DNA from: Verrucomicrobiaceae bacterium
Lineage (GTDB): Bacteria; Verrucomicrobiota; Verrucomicrobiia; Verrucomicrobiales; Akkermansiaceae
Assembly: GCA_051252135.1 (NCBI GenBank)
Contig: JBPOGH010000007.1
Coordinates: forward strand, 160,001-224,000
Direction of reading: 5' to 3'
Length of the DNA: 64,000 bases
Part shown: piece after piece, positions 19,760 through 29,468 of the stretch
How positions within the stretch are numbered: position 1 is the first letter of the stretch
How the letters are laid out: every line of letters starts with the position of its first letter
Program-made: the position numbers and the translations under genes
The notes under the pieces: model-generated
What the model was told of the DNA's origin: nothing
Database searches by the model: none
The model's input: the letters and a program-made list of their open reading frames with translations, nothing else

Positions 19760-22700
19760 TTAATTGTCCTCGATCCTGAAGAAGGCCCTGGTGTTCTCTC
19801 CGAGTGCTCCCGGAATGATGACTGCGGCCTCTCCATCCGAATCGGTGGAGAAGGACATTTCGGGCTCAAACGCGAAGAAGTCGTTATTGAGGGTAAGCGA
19901 CTTGGTGACCTTGTAGGAGCTGTTTGGTGCACCTTTGATCAGCATCAGGAAGTCTCCGTTGTTGTTGCGTGCCGTGGCCGTCACCCGAACGGCACCCAAG
20001 GGGTCGGCCGGTCCGGTCAGTTCGAAACCGTTGATAGCAAACAGCTGCCGGTGGACGGCGGTGTTTGAATACGGGGTGAACTCAAAGATGACATCGCTTG
20101 TGCCGTCGGCGGTGAAGTTGAATCTAACGGAAGAAGGAAGGGCTGCCGGGTCGATTGAGCCGGGGTTTTCCGCTCCCTGATAACGGACCGGAGCAACGGG
20201 ATTTCCTCCGCCAGTACTGTTCGTCATAGGGAAGGTACCATCTGCGTTTGGCCCTGTGACAGGGACAAAAGTTGTTCCACCATCAGTTGATACAGAAACG
20301 GCAAACGGAGCGTGAACGTTTTCCGTATCGTGGTGGAAGGAGAGCCAGCTGTAGTTGCCGGCGGGAAGACCTCCAAGCGCGATTCGCATCCGGGTAGGGG
20401 TTCCGGTGGTGCCATCATAATCGCCGAGTCCTCCGTTTCCGGTCCTGGTGTCGATTCCGAGCCAGTCGGAGAGAAGGTTGACGCGGTCACCGTGCCAATT
20501 GTCATTGTTACCCTCCCCACGGCCAATTGATTGCTGAACCCTGTTGTCAGAGGTGTCAGGCCAAGTGGGGGTGACGGTGATGGTCTTGCCGAAGGCGACG
20601 TAGCTGCCGGGAGTGAATTCTTCAGCAGCTTCATGGTTGGCATGATAGGACTGGTAGCCCAATTGGTTGAATGCTGCGGTCGATTCCTCGGGTTCGGCAC
20701 CGGCGGAATCGCCTCCGCCGGCCTGATTGGAGTTGAAGTCGATGAAGAGTTGGTTCGGCAGCGGCTGTGGATAAATGGCGATATTGTTGTCATCGATGTC
20801 ATTTACCTGGCTGTATCCATCAAGGTCTTGATCGGGGAAGGAGGCGAGATCGTTAAGAGCCGAACCGGCCAGGAATTCCCAAAAATCACTGAAGGTATCA
20901 CTGTCAGTATCGGCGAGCAGGGGATTGCTTGCGAGGTCATTGATTTCCTGCCCATCAAGCAATCCATCGTTGTCGGTATCCATGTCGAAGGGATCGGTTT
21001 TATGGGTGTTCACTTCGGCGCCATCCTTGAGGCCGTCGCCATCGGTGTCATCCAATTCAATGTTGGTTCCCAAGTAAAACTCTTCGATGTTGCTGAGATT
21101 ATCGTTGTCGATGTCTCCGCTAGCATCAGGAAAGTTAGGGTTGAGGCCGGTGATGGTGTTTTCCACGCTATCCGGAATAAGGTCTCCATCCGTGTCTGCA
21201 TCCGGATAGATTTCGAGTCCGTTGACGACGAAGAGGCTTTCCGCGACCACTTCGCCTCCTGCTCCATCGTCTCCTGCGAGGACAGAGTAGACGACCTCGA
21301 TCGGGGTCGAAGGTCCCGTTGATTCGATCAGAAAGTTGCTTGTCGAAGGAAGATCCCGTGGGGAAGCTCCGGCGGAAACGGCTGCGGTGGCGCTGGTCGT
21401 TCCCGATTTTTCAAAGATTACGGCATCAATATGATTGGCGTCTGTCAGGCGTAGCTGGAAATCTCCTGTGATATTCTGGGTATCATGATGATGGGAGATG
21501 TAGAGGTATTTGCCAGCGGGGAGTCCCGTGAGGGTGAATCGCATTTCAGTGCGGTCGGTGACTCCTCCGCCTCCGTTGGCGACGCGGGCATCAACTCCGA
21601 TCCAGTCCCGAATCATTCTAGAATTGGCTCCCTGATATTGAGTTCCACCGCGAGTGAGGAGTCTCTTGACGGTGCGGGGCCATGATCCGCCAGCGGGAAT
21701 GGGATAGTCCACAGCCAAGGTAACATCATTGCTACCGCCAAATGCAGTTGTGGGGAAAATGACAGATTTATCGGTTTCGCCGTCTGTTTGATCCGGCCCG
21801 ACATAGGGGAGGTAATCAGGATCATGGTCAGGGCCGCCGCCGGTTGAGCTGAAGTCGATCAACAGACCTGTGCTTGGGATTGAAAAACTGGAATTATCCG
21901 TTGGCGAAGTGCCCGCTGCGATTTCCTGATCATCAGTGAAGTAATCACCATCAGTATCAGCGAGAACAGGGGAGGTGCCGTGGATGTTGACTTCATCTCC
22001 GTCTGTCAAAGTGTCATCGTCAGTGTCGTCATCCTGAGGGTCGGTTTCGTCTCCGGAATCGATGGTGGCATCGTTTCCAAGATATTCCTGAAAATTGGTG
22101 AGTCCGTCATTGTCCGGATCACCGGCAGCACCATTGGGTCCGTCTTTGGCTCCAGCGGTGGATTCTCCAATAGTGCCATCATCATTGGGATCGAGCCCGT
22201 TGAGGGTTTCATAGAGATCGGGCATTCCATCGCCATCCGTGTCTCCGGTTACCGCCAGTTCGAGTCCGTTCAGGGCGAAGATCTGTTTGTGGACAGCGGT
22301 AGTCGAGTAAGGGGTATATCTGAGGACAACATCATCTCCCGTCGCAGTGAAAATGAAGGTGACGGTGGAGGGGAGGTCTCTGGGGTCTCCGGAAGAAGGG
22401 TTGGCGATGCCGTTTTGAGGATTGGGATCGACAGGGTTGCCGGTGCCGGTCGAGCTTGTCATTGAGAAGGTCTGATTGGCATTTGGACCGGAGATTACGG
22501 AAAAAGTCGCGCCTTCATCCGTCGAAACCTCCACGAGGAAGTCAGTATGAACGTTTTCAGTATCGTGGTGGTAAGAAGTGAGGGAATATTCATTGGCAGG
22601 AATTCCCGAGAGGGTGACGAGCATGGTGGTTGCTGTACCGGTAGTGCCATCGAAATCGCCATTTCCACCTTGGCTGGTGCGAGTGTCGATTCCGATAAAG

Positions 22701-23029
22701 TCGGTGATTAAATCGAGCTTAGAACCGCCCCAGTTGTTGTCATTTCCAGCAGCACGATCGATCATTTGCATGACCGTGTTGGCGGTGGAGTCCGGCCAAG
22801 AGGGGGTGATGGAGATCGATGAGCCCAAGGCGCTGAAGGATTGTGTGATGAAGTCAGTTTCCACTTCGTGCCCTGCGTTATACGCCTGATAGTTGAGCTC
22901 ATTATGTGGACCTCCATCCTGAGTGGTTGAGTTGAAATCGACCAAGAGTGCCTGGCCGGAGCCAACCGAGGTTAGCGCGGTGGTGAGTAGAAAACTCAGC
23001 GTGTGTTTGGGGAATTGAAGTCGCCTCAT
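19760..23029 (-). CDS. Large secreted protein with three copies of an unknown ~220-245-aa domain and Asp-rich Ca-binding-type repeats
   Basis: Signal peptide; three repeats starting L(L/F)(V/I)DF(N/S)S and ending NG(L/F)E(L/I); DTDGDG-like (thrombospondin type 3-like) repeats between them; C-terminal RAFFRIED. Confidence 0.85.
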   Translation of the reverse strand: MRRLQFPKHTLSFLLTTALTSVGSGQALLVDFNSTTQDGGPHNELNYQAYNAGHEVETDFITQSFSALGSSISITPSWPDSTANTVMQMIDRAAGNDNNWGGSKLDLITDFIGIDTRTSQGGNGDFDGTTGTATTMLVTLSGIPANEYSLTSYHHDTENVHTDFLVEVSTDEGATFSVISGPNANQTFSMTSSTGTGNPVDPNPQNGIANPSSGDPRDLPSTVTFIFTATGDDVVLRYTPYSTTAVHKQIFALNGLELAVTGDTDGDGMPDLYETLNGLDPNDDGTIGESTAGAKDGPNGAAGDPDNDGLTNFQEYLGNDATIDSGDETDPQDDDTDDDTLTDGDEVNIHGTSPVLADTDGDYFTDDQEIAAGTSPTDNSSFSIPSTGLLIDFSSTGGGPDHDPDYLPYVGPDQTDGETDKSVIFPTTAFGGSNDVTLAVDYPIPAGGSWPRTVKRLLTRGGTQYQGANSRMIRDWIGVDARVANGGGGVTDRTEMRFTLTGLPAGKYLYISHHHDTQNITGDFQLRLTDANHIDAVIFEKSGTTSATAAVSAGASPRDLPSTSNFLIESTGPSTPIEVVYSVLAGDDGAGGEVVAESLFVVNGLEIYPDADTDGDLIPDSVENTITGLNPNFPDASGDIDNDNLSNIEEFYLGTNIELDDTDGDGLKDGAEVNTHKTDPFDMDTDNDGLLDGQEINDLASNPLLADTDSDTFSDFWEFLAGSALNDLASFPDQDLDGYSQVNDIDDNNIAIYPQPLPNQLFIDFNSNQAGGGDSAGAEPEESTAAFNQLGYQSYHANHEAAEEFTPGSYVAFGKTITVTPTWPDTSDNRVQQSIGRGEGNNDNWHGDRVNLLSDWLGIDTRTGNGGLGDYDGTTGTPTRMRIALGGLPAGNYSWLSFHHDTENVHAPFAVSVSTDGGTTFVPVTGPNADGTFPMTNSTGGGNPVAPVRYQGAENPGSIDPAALPSSVRFNFTADGTSDVIFEFTPYSNTAVHRQLFAINGFELTGPADPLGAVRVTATARNNNGDFLMLIKGAPNSSYKVTKSLTLNNDFFAFEPEMSFSTDSDGEAAVIIPGALGENTRAFFRIEDN

Positions 23030-23183
23030 AGTTGTGTGTATTACAACTAGCACGCTAGGGAGATGATTCTTCTACGACAAGGAAAAGAGCCGATAAAGAC
23101 GGCTTGGTCTTAGCCTCCGAATTGTCCAACCAAGTGGGACTGTGGGAGGAGAGGTCTGACTCAGAGGTGAGGGGTTGCCACCG

Positions 23184-24626
23184 CTAACCAGGCAGCAGCC
23201 ACAGGATTGGCTGGGGGAAAATGCCCAGGATAATCACCAGAGCAGTGAGTGTCGCAATGACATAGAAAGAGAGAGGGCGAACGTTGATTGGCGAGGAATC
23301 CAGAGACTTTCTCCAATACATCGCACGGACGATCTTGAAGTAGTAATAGAATCCTGCGGCAGCGCCGACAAACCCGAGAATTACGGGGAGCCAGAGGTTG
23401 GCGGAAATAGCCGCCTGAAATGCGAAGAATTTTCCAAGGAATCCGGCAGTGAGCGGGAGTCCTGCGAGGGCACCTACGACAATGGTGGTGAGAAAGGCGA
23501 GGGCGGGATTTCTGGAGCCGAGACCTTCAAAGGCTGCGATTTCATCAGAACCGCTATCACGATGGACGGCGGCGAGAATGAAGAAGGCGGCGAAGGTCAT
23601 GATGAAGTAGACGGCGAGATAGAAGCCGGTGACTTGCGGTGCGCTCAAATCTTTGGTGCCATTCCAGGAGGCGATGGCCATGAGGATGAAGCCGGCATTG
23701 GCGATGGAAGAATAAGCGAGGAGGCGCTTAAAGTTGGTTTGTGGAATCGCGGCGAGGTTTCCGAGGAGGATGGTAGCGCCGGCGAGAACCGAGACGATGA
23801 AAGTGGTCTTGGCGGCAGTGAACTCGTTGGCAAAGAAGGGCTCGAGAACACGGAGGGCCACGGCGAATCCGGAAGCTTTCGAGGCAACGGAAAGAAAGGC
23901 AGTGGTTGGCGTGGGAGCGCCCTGGTAGACGTCGGGAATCCAGAGGTGCATGGGGACAGCACCGACCTTGAAAGCGAGAGAGATCAGGATCAGAGCGAGA
24001 CCAAAGAGGAGGAAGGTGGAATTTGCGGCGTTTCCTCCGGTCGCGATGGCGTCAAGGGAAGTGGTTCCGACGGCTCCGTAAATCCAGGCGATTCCGTAAA
24101 CGAGGAATCCGGTTGAAAGGGCTCCGAGGATGAGGAATTTTACTCCAGCTTCAAGGGAGCCCACATTGCGGCGCATGTAGGCGACGAGGATGTAGAGGGT
24201 GATGGTAGTGAGTTCGAGAGAAACGAAGAGAGAGACGAGATCCTTGGCCGAAGCCATCCACATCATTCCAGCAACGGCGAAGAGGATGAGGCAGTAGTAT
24301 TCACCGGTGGTGTCTTCGGAATCGGGGTTTGCCGTGAATTTTGCGAGAATCTTGCGATAGTCCAAGCTCAGGAGAAGGGTGAAGATACCGGCCAGAAGAG
24401 CGAAGCCTTTAAAGAACTTGGCCTGGCCATCAAAGGCGTAGAATCGAGCCATCTCATCGTTGTTTTCGGGTGGGTGCGCGGTGAAGAGGAGCACGAGGGC
24501 GAAAACAAGTGCTCCAATTCCGAGGCAATTGATGAGGAATTTTTCGGTGCGGGGAAGGAAGGCCTCCAGCATGAGGAGGACGATCCCGGCGAGGACGACG
24601 TAGGCTTCTAACCAGTGAGCGGGCAT
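23184..24626 (-). CDS. nuoN: NADH-quinone oxidoreductase subunit N
   Basis: Highly hydrophobic; EAGVKFLILG, FKVGAVPMHLWIPDVYQGAPTP, KRLLAYSSI, GFLGKF; last gene of the nuo run. Confidence 0.95.
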   Translation of the reverse strand: MPAHWLEAYVVLAGIVLLMLEAFLPRTEKFLINCLGIGALVFALVLLFTAHPPENNDEMARFYAFDGQAKFFKGFALLAGIFTLLLSLDYRKILAKFTANPDSEDTTGEYYCLILFAVAGMMWMASAKDLVSLFVSLELTTITLYILVAYMRRNVGSLEAGVKFLILGALSTGFLVYGIAWIYGAVGTTSLDAIATGGNAANSTFLLFGLALILISLAFKVGAVPMHLWIPDVYQGAPTPTTAFLSVASKASGFAVALRVLEPFFANEFTAAKTTFIVSVLAGATILLGNLAAIPQTNFKRLLAYSSIANAGFILMAIASWNGTKDLSAPQVTGFYLAVYFIMTFAAFFILAAVHRDSGSDEIAAFEGLGSRNPALAFLTTIVVGALAGLPLTAGFLGKFFAFQAAISANLWLPVILGFVGAAAGFYYYFKIVRAMYWRKSLDSSPINVRPLSFYVIATLTALVIILGIFPQPILWLLPG

Positions 24627-24660
24627 GGGAATGAGAAGTCGAAAGGATTAACGGAAGAGA

Positions 24661-26136
24661 TTAGTTGTCGGCTTGTTCGGTGCAGCATTGCACGCCACAT
24701 CCATCGAGGAACTGGAGCAGGCTGTTGGGATAGAGGCCGACGACGAGAAGGGCGACTGCGAGGATGATGGCGGGTGCCTTTTCCATGCAGGTGAGATCGG
24801 AGGCTTCCTTGGTGCAGTCGACTGCAGGTCCCTGGAAGGTTTTACGGAAAGCGCGGAGCATGTAGACGGCGCTGATGACGACACCCCAGAGGGCGAGGAT
24901 GGTGGCGACCTGAACACAACCGAGTTCTCCGCCATCGTAGCTCTTAAAGCCGGAGAGGAAGACGAGAACTTCGCCGGAGAAGTTGGCGAGGCCGGGGAGG
25001 CCGATGGATGCCATGCCGGCAAGTCCGAAGAGGAAGGCGAGACGGGGGGCTGATTTTGCGAGACCTCCGAGGTCGGCAAGTTCAAGAGTGCCGGTGCGCT
25101 GGTTGATTTTGTCGGAAAGGGCAAAGAGGAGAGCGATGCTGATACCGTGGGCGAACATCAGGGTGACGGCAGCAGGGATCGCGATGGGGTTTGCGGCGGC
25201 GCTTCCGGCTTCGATGAGAGCGGCGAAGGCGAGGAAGATGTATCCCATGTGCATCACGGAAGAATTACCGAGGAGGGAATCGACGCGCTTTTGATTAAGG
25301 GTGACGAAGCCAACCCAGAGAATGTTTCCAAGGAGGGCGACGATGATCCAGCCCAGCCAATCCTGCATTCCTTCGGGAACCATGGGGAAGAGGCGGATGA
25401 GACCGTAGAGGCCGAATTTCTTAAGGACGCCCGAGTGCAGCATGGCAACCGGAGTGGGTGCGGCGGCGTAGGCGGGAGCGGCCCAAGAGTGGAAGGGGAA
25501 GAGAGAGACGAGCGTGCCGAAACCGATCAGGAGGAGAGCGGCGATGCCGGTCTGTGCGTCGGCGGGAACTTCAGAAGCGAGGAGGTCGCTGAAGAGCCAA
25601 CTTTCGGACCCGGAGGCACTGACAAGCCAGATGAGTCCGGCGAGGAGAACGATGGAGCCGAGAGCAAGGTAGATGGTGATTTTCCAGGCGGCTTCCTTCC
25701 GTTCGCCTTTGCCCAGAATTCCAATCATGAGGAAGGTGGGGATGAGGGCGAGCTCGTGGAAGGCGTAGAAGAAAAAGAGGTCGGTCGAGAGGAAGGCTCC
25801 GATCGCTCCGGCTCCGATGAGGAGGCTGGATGCATACCAGAGTTTTTCGCGTCCTTCGGGTGCTCCGCCATGGAGAACGGCGGAGAAGAGGACGATGACG
25901 CTCAGGAGGAGCATGATGAGGCTCATGCCATCGTAGAACCCCAGGGCGAGGTGAATCTTGGGAGTGGCAAGGACCTGCAGGGACATTGACCAGACGTCGG
26001 ATTGCCAGCAAAAGAGGCAACCGATGCCGAGGAAAAGGGTGAGGCCCGAGGCAATAAGCGCGGTGAGGCGGGCCTTGACGCCACAAAAGATGGCGATGGC
26101 AGCGAGGAGAGGGATGAGAACGAAAAGAACACTCAT
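24661..26136 (-). CDS. nuoM: NADH-quinone oxidoreductase subunit M
   Basis: FFYAFHELALIP, FPFHSWAAPAYAAAPT, KFGLYG, SSVMHMG, GLPGLANFSGE. Confidence 0.95.
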   Translation of the reverse strand: MSVLFVLIPLLAAIAIFCGVKARLTALIASGLTLFLGIGCLFCWQSDVWSMSLQVLATPKIHLALGFYDGMSLIMLLLSVIVLFSAVLHGGAPEGREKLWYASSLLIGAGAIGAFLSTDLFFFYAFHELALIPTFLMIGILGKGERKEAAWKITIYLALGSIVLLAGLIWLVSASGSESWLFSDLLASEVPADAQTGIAALLLIGFGTLVSLFPFHSWAAPAYAAAPTPVAMLHSGVLKKFGLYGLIRLFPMVPEGMQDWLGWIIVALLGNILWVGFVTLNQKRVDSLLGNSSVMHMGYIFLAFAALIEAGSAAANPIAIPAAVTLMFAHGISIALLFALSDKINQRTGTLELADLGGLAKSAPRLAFLFGLAGMASIGLPGLANFSGEVLVFLSGFKSYDGGELGCVQVATILALWGVVISAVYMLRAFRKTFQGPAVDCTKEASDLTCMEKAPAIILAVALLVVGLYPNSLLQFLDGCGVQCCTEQADN

Positions 26137-27953
26137 GAGACGAAGACCGTGAGATAGATAACAAGAATGACTCCGAGGGCGAAGAGGCCGGCGTAGCCCT
26201 GAAGATTACCCGATTGCATGCGGGTGAAGATGCGACCGATGCCGCCAGCGGCACGGGAAAGACCTCCGACGAGGAGACCGCCGATGACGAGTTCATCGAT
26301 AAAGTGGACGATGGCGGCGAAAGTATCCTGCGCGTATTTTACGAGCTTGGCGTAAAACTCATCGACGTAGAACTTATTGCGGAAGACCTTGGCGATGCTG
26401 TTGTTGGCAAGGGGGTCGGTTTCGGCGTTGAAGTAGAGTTTCCACGCGAAGAAGGCTCCGATGATGAAGGCGCCGATTGAGGCGAAGAGTGCGGGTCCGA
26501 TATGGAAGTGGAATGCCTTGTGAAGAGGGGAAAGGCTGCCGGCGAGGAAGTTCCAACCGGAAAGGAGGGCCATGACTGCCAGAACGATCAGTGGTAACAG
26601 CATGAGCGGACCGACCTCTTTGGCGTGATCGGCGTTGTCGCTTCGCTTCTTGCCGAGGAAGGCGATGAAGAAGAGGCGGAACATGTAGAAGGTCGTGAGA
26701 CAGGCCACCAAGGTGGTGATGATGAAGAGTGGTGTGCTGGTGTGCAGGGCGGCCTCGAGGATCATCTCCTTGGAGAAGAAACCGGCGGTGAGAGGGAATC
26801 CGCAAAGGGCGAGGGTGCCGATCAGGAAGGTGAGAGTGGTGATGGGCATCTTGCCCTTGAGGCCACCCATTTTCCAAATGTCCTGTTCGTGGTGGCAGGC
26901 GTAGATGACGGCGCCGGAGCCGAGGAAGAGGAGAGCCTTGAACCAGGCGTGGGTGAAGAGGTGGAACATGCCGGCTTCGGGATTAAGAAGGCCGACGGCC
27001 ATCACCATGTAACCGAGCTGGGAAAGAGTGGAGTAGGCGAGGACCTTTTTAATATCGTCCTGCTGGGTGGCCATGAGGGCGGCGAGGAGAGAGGTGATGC
27101 CTCCGACCCAAGCAACCGTGTTAACACCCCAGAGTTGGCCGATGAGGTCGGTGCCGAGCGTGGTGTAAAGGCGGGCCATCATGAAGACGCCGGCGGCGAC
27201 CATGGTGGCGGCGTGGATGAGGGCGGAAACAGGAGTGGGGCCTTCCATGGCGTCCGGAAGCCAGACGTGGAGAGGAGCTTGGGCTGATTTACCCATGGCA
27301 CCGGCAAAGATGCAGAGAACGGCAGTGCCGAGGAAGAAGGTGGAATACTCGGGTGAGGTGGCGACCCATGCCTCGAGTCCTTCGAAGGTGAAGGTGCCGG
27401 CGATGCCCCAGAGCATGAGGATACCGATCATGAAGCCGAAGTCGCCCACGCGGTTGGTGAGGAAGGCTTTCTTCGCGGCGTCGGCAGCGGAGTCCTTTTC
27501 ATACCAGTGTCCGATGAGGAGGTAGGAGCTGAGTCCGACAAGCTCCCAGAAGATGAACATCATGATGAAGTTCGAAGCGAGCACGATGCCGGTCATGGAG
27601 AACATGAAGAGCGAGAGGCCGCAGAAGTAGCGGGCTTTCGCCGAGTCATCCTTCATGTAGGCGAGGGAGAAGAGGTGAACGAGGAATCCGACGCCCGTGA
27701 CGACGATCATCATGTTCTTGGCAAAGGAGTCGAGTTGCAGACCAATCTCAAGAGTGAGTCCGGGAACGGAAGCCCATTGGAAGGAAGGGCTGCTGTCGGG
27801 AGACTTTAAGATGATCAGGGCGATCACCAGGATGGCTCCGGCGATTGCGGTGGAGACATAGGAAGAGACGGTCTGAAGACGTTTCAGGCCGAGGTGAATA
27901 ACGGCTGCCGAAAGAAGCGGCAGACCGAGGAGAAGCCAAGCAAGTGAATCCAT
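26133..27953 (-). CDS. nuoL: NADH-quinone oxidoreductase subunit L
   Basis: FWELVGLSSYLLIG, GKSAQAPLHVWLPDAMEGPTPVSALIHAATMV, DIKKVLAYSTLSQLG. Confidence 0.97.
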   Translation of the reverse strand: MDSLAWLLLGLPLLSAAVIHLGLKRLQTVSSYVSTAIAGAILVIALIILKSPDSSPSFQWASVPGLTLEIGLQLDSFAKNMMIVVTGVGFLVHLFSLAYMKDDSAKARYFCGLSLFMFSMTGIVLASNFIMMFIFWELVGLSSYLLIGHWYEKDSAADAAKKAFLTNRVGDFGFMIGILMLWGIAGTFTFEGLEAWVATSPEYSTFFLGTAVLCIFAGAMGKSAQAPLHVWLPDAMEGPTPVSALIHAATMVAAGVFMMARLYTTLGTDLIGQLWGVNTVAWVGGITSLLAALMATQQDDIKKVLAYSTLSQLGYMVMAVGLLNPEAGMFHLFTHAWFKALLFLGSGAVIYACHHEQDIWKMGGLKGKMPITTLTFLIGTLALCGFPLTAGFFSKEMILEAALHTSTPLFIITTLVACLTTFYMFRLFFIAFLGKKRSDNADHAKEVGPLMLLPLIVLAVMALLSGWNFLAGSLSPLHKAFHFHIGPALFASIGAFIIGAFFAWKLYFNAETDPLANNSIAKVFRNKFYVDEFYAKLVKYAQDTFAAIVHFIDELVIGGLLVGGLSRAAGGIGRIFTRMQSGNLQGYAGLFALGVILVIYLTVFVS

Positions 27954-27965
27954 GGTTCGAAAGAG

Positions 27966-28286
27966 TTAGCCGCGCATTGTGGTGAGGTCCTCGACGTTGA
28001 TGGTCTGTCGAGCACGGTAGAGGGCGACGATGATCGCGAGTCCAACGGCGACTTCGGCCGCCGCCACGGTGATGATAAAGAAGACGAGCACCTGACCATC
28101 GAAGTCAGGAAGGCCGTTTTCGGTGACGTGGAAGCGAGAGAAGGCAACCAAGGTGATGTTGGCGGCGGCGAGCATCATCTCGAGACACATGAAAATGACG
28201 ATGATGTTACGCCGGATCATGACACCGGCGAGGCCGATGGCGAAGAGGAGTCCGGAGACAAAGAGGAAATCGTTGAGCGAAGCCAT
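27966..28286 (-). CDS. nuoK: NADH-quinone oxidoreductase subunit K
   Basis: RRNIIVIFMCLEMML, VAAAEVAVGLA. Confidence 0.95.
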   Translation of the reverse strand: MASLNDFLFVSGLLFAIGLAGVMIRRNIIVIFMCLEMMLAAANITLVAFSRFHVTENGLPDFDGQVLVFFIITVAAAEVAVGLAIIVALYRARQTINVEDLTTMRG

Positions 28287-28292
28287 CAGGAG

Positions 28293-28886
28293 TTATGATT
28301 TGGTGCTTTTTGAACTGCGCTTGGAAAGGACGACGACACCGACGGTGGCGACGAGGAGAAGGACACCCATCACTTGAAGCGGGAAGTTGTAGTGACGGAA
28401 AAGAGTCATGCCGATGAGGTTGGTATCGGGGAGTTGGGGTGTCTTTTCGTGAGTGAGGGACTTGATGATTTCGGTCTGCCCTTCGAGCTCCGGGCTTTCG
28501 GCTGCTGCGGCGAGGACGGCGGGATTGATTTCGCTGAATGCGTCATTGACGGGGCCTTTTTGAATCACTCCAAGGACCTGGAAGACCAGGAGGAGGGGGA
28601 GGAGGATGCCGGCGATGACGGAAGGGGTTTTGAACTTCGCCTTGGTCTCTTCCGAAAGATCGAGAAGCATGATGATGAAAACGAAGAGCACCATGATGGC
28701 GCCTGCGTAGACGAGAATCTGGACGATTCCGACGAAGAAGGCATTGAGTCCGATGAAGAGGCCCGCCATTCCGACAAAAGAAAGCACCATGGAAAGGGCG
28801 CTGGAGACCGGATTGCGAAAACTCACCAGAAGCACCGCGCCAATGACGGCGAGGAAGCTGAAGAGATAAAAGAGAACGGAGTGCAT
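28293..28886 (-). CDS. nuoJ: NADH-quinone oxidoreductase subunit J
   Basis: NPVSSAL, QILVYAGAIMVLFVFIIMLL. Confidence 0.95.
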   Translation of the reverse strand: MHSVLFYLFSFLAVIGAVLLVSFRNPVSSALSMVLSFVGMAGLFIGLNAFFVGIVQILVYAGAIMVLFVFIIMLLDLSEETKAKFKTPSVIAGILLPLLLVFQVLGVIQKGPVNDAFSEINPAVLAAAAESPELEGQTEIIKSLTHEKTPQLPDTNLIGMTLFRHYNFPLQVMGVLLLVATVGVVVLSKRSSKSTKS

Positions 28887-28889
28887 GGT

Positions 28890-29456
28890 TTACTTCAGGT
28901 CATTCCACTTGTTGACGAGGCCGACGCGCTTGCCGCCGATCTCGTAGAGACGGTCTTTATCGTGAACCATTTCCTCGCGGGTGGTTCCGACGACGATGTA
29001 GTCGGGGCGGAGATAGATGGCTTGCTCGGGACAAACTTCCTCGCACATGCCGCAGTAGATGCAGCGGATCATGTCGATATCGAATGCTTGAGGGCGTTTT
29101 TCGACCCGGGCCCATTCGTCGCCCGCGGGGATTTCGCCCGGAGTGATCTTAATGGCCTTGGGAGGGCAGATGAATTCGCAGAGCTGGCAGGAGACGCAGC
29201 GTTCGCGATCCAGTTCGTCGGTGACGAGAGCGGGAGTGCCGCGGAAGTACTCCGGGAGCTGGTCATCCCATTTTTGCTCGGGATACTGCATGGTGATGCC
29301 GAGTCCCGAGGAGTTGAGAGCATCTGCGCCCTGACTGCGTCCCATGAGAGACTTAAAGGCATGTCGCAGGGTGATGACCATGCCTTTGAAAATGGATCCA
29401 AAGTAGATTTTCTCACCAGCGGTGAGTTTTGGTCGTTTGACTTTGATAGTGGCCAT
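28890..29456 (-). CDS. nuoI: NADH-quinone oxidoreductase subunit I
   Basis: Two 4Fe-4S motifs CVSCQLCEFICP and CIYCGMCEEVCP; TMQYPE. Confidence 0.95.
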   Translation of the reverse strand: MATIKVKRPKLTAGEKIYFGSIFKGMVITLRHAFKSLMGRSQGADALNSSGLGITMQYPEQKWDDQLPEYFRGTPALVTDELDRERCVSCQLCEFICPPKAIKITPGEIPAGDEWARVEKRPQAFDIDMIRCIYCGMCEEVCPEQAIYLRPDYIVVGTTREEMVHDKDRLYEIGGKRVGLVNKWNDLK

Positions 29457-29468
29457 TGGGAGTGAAGG

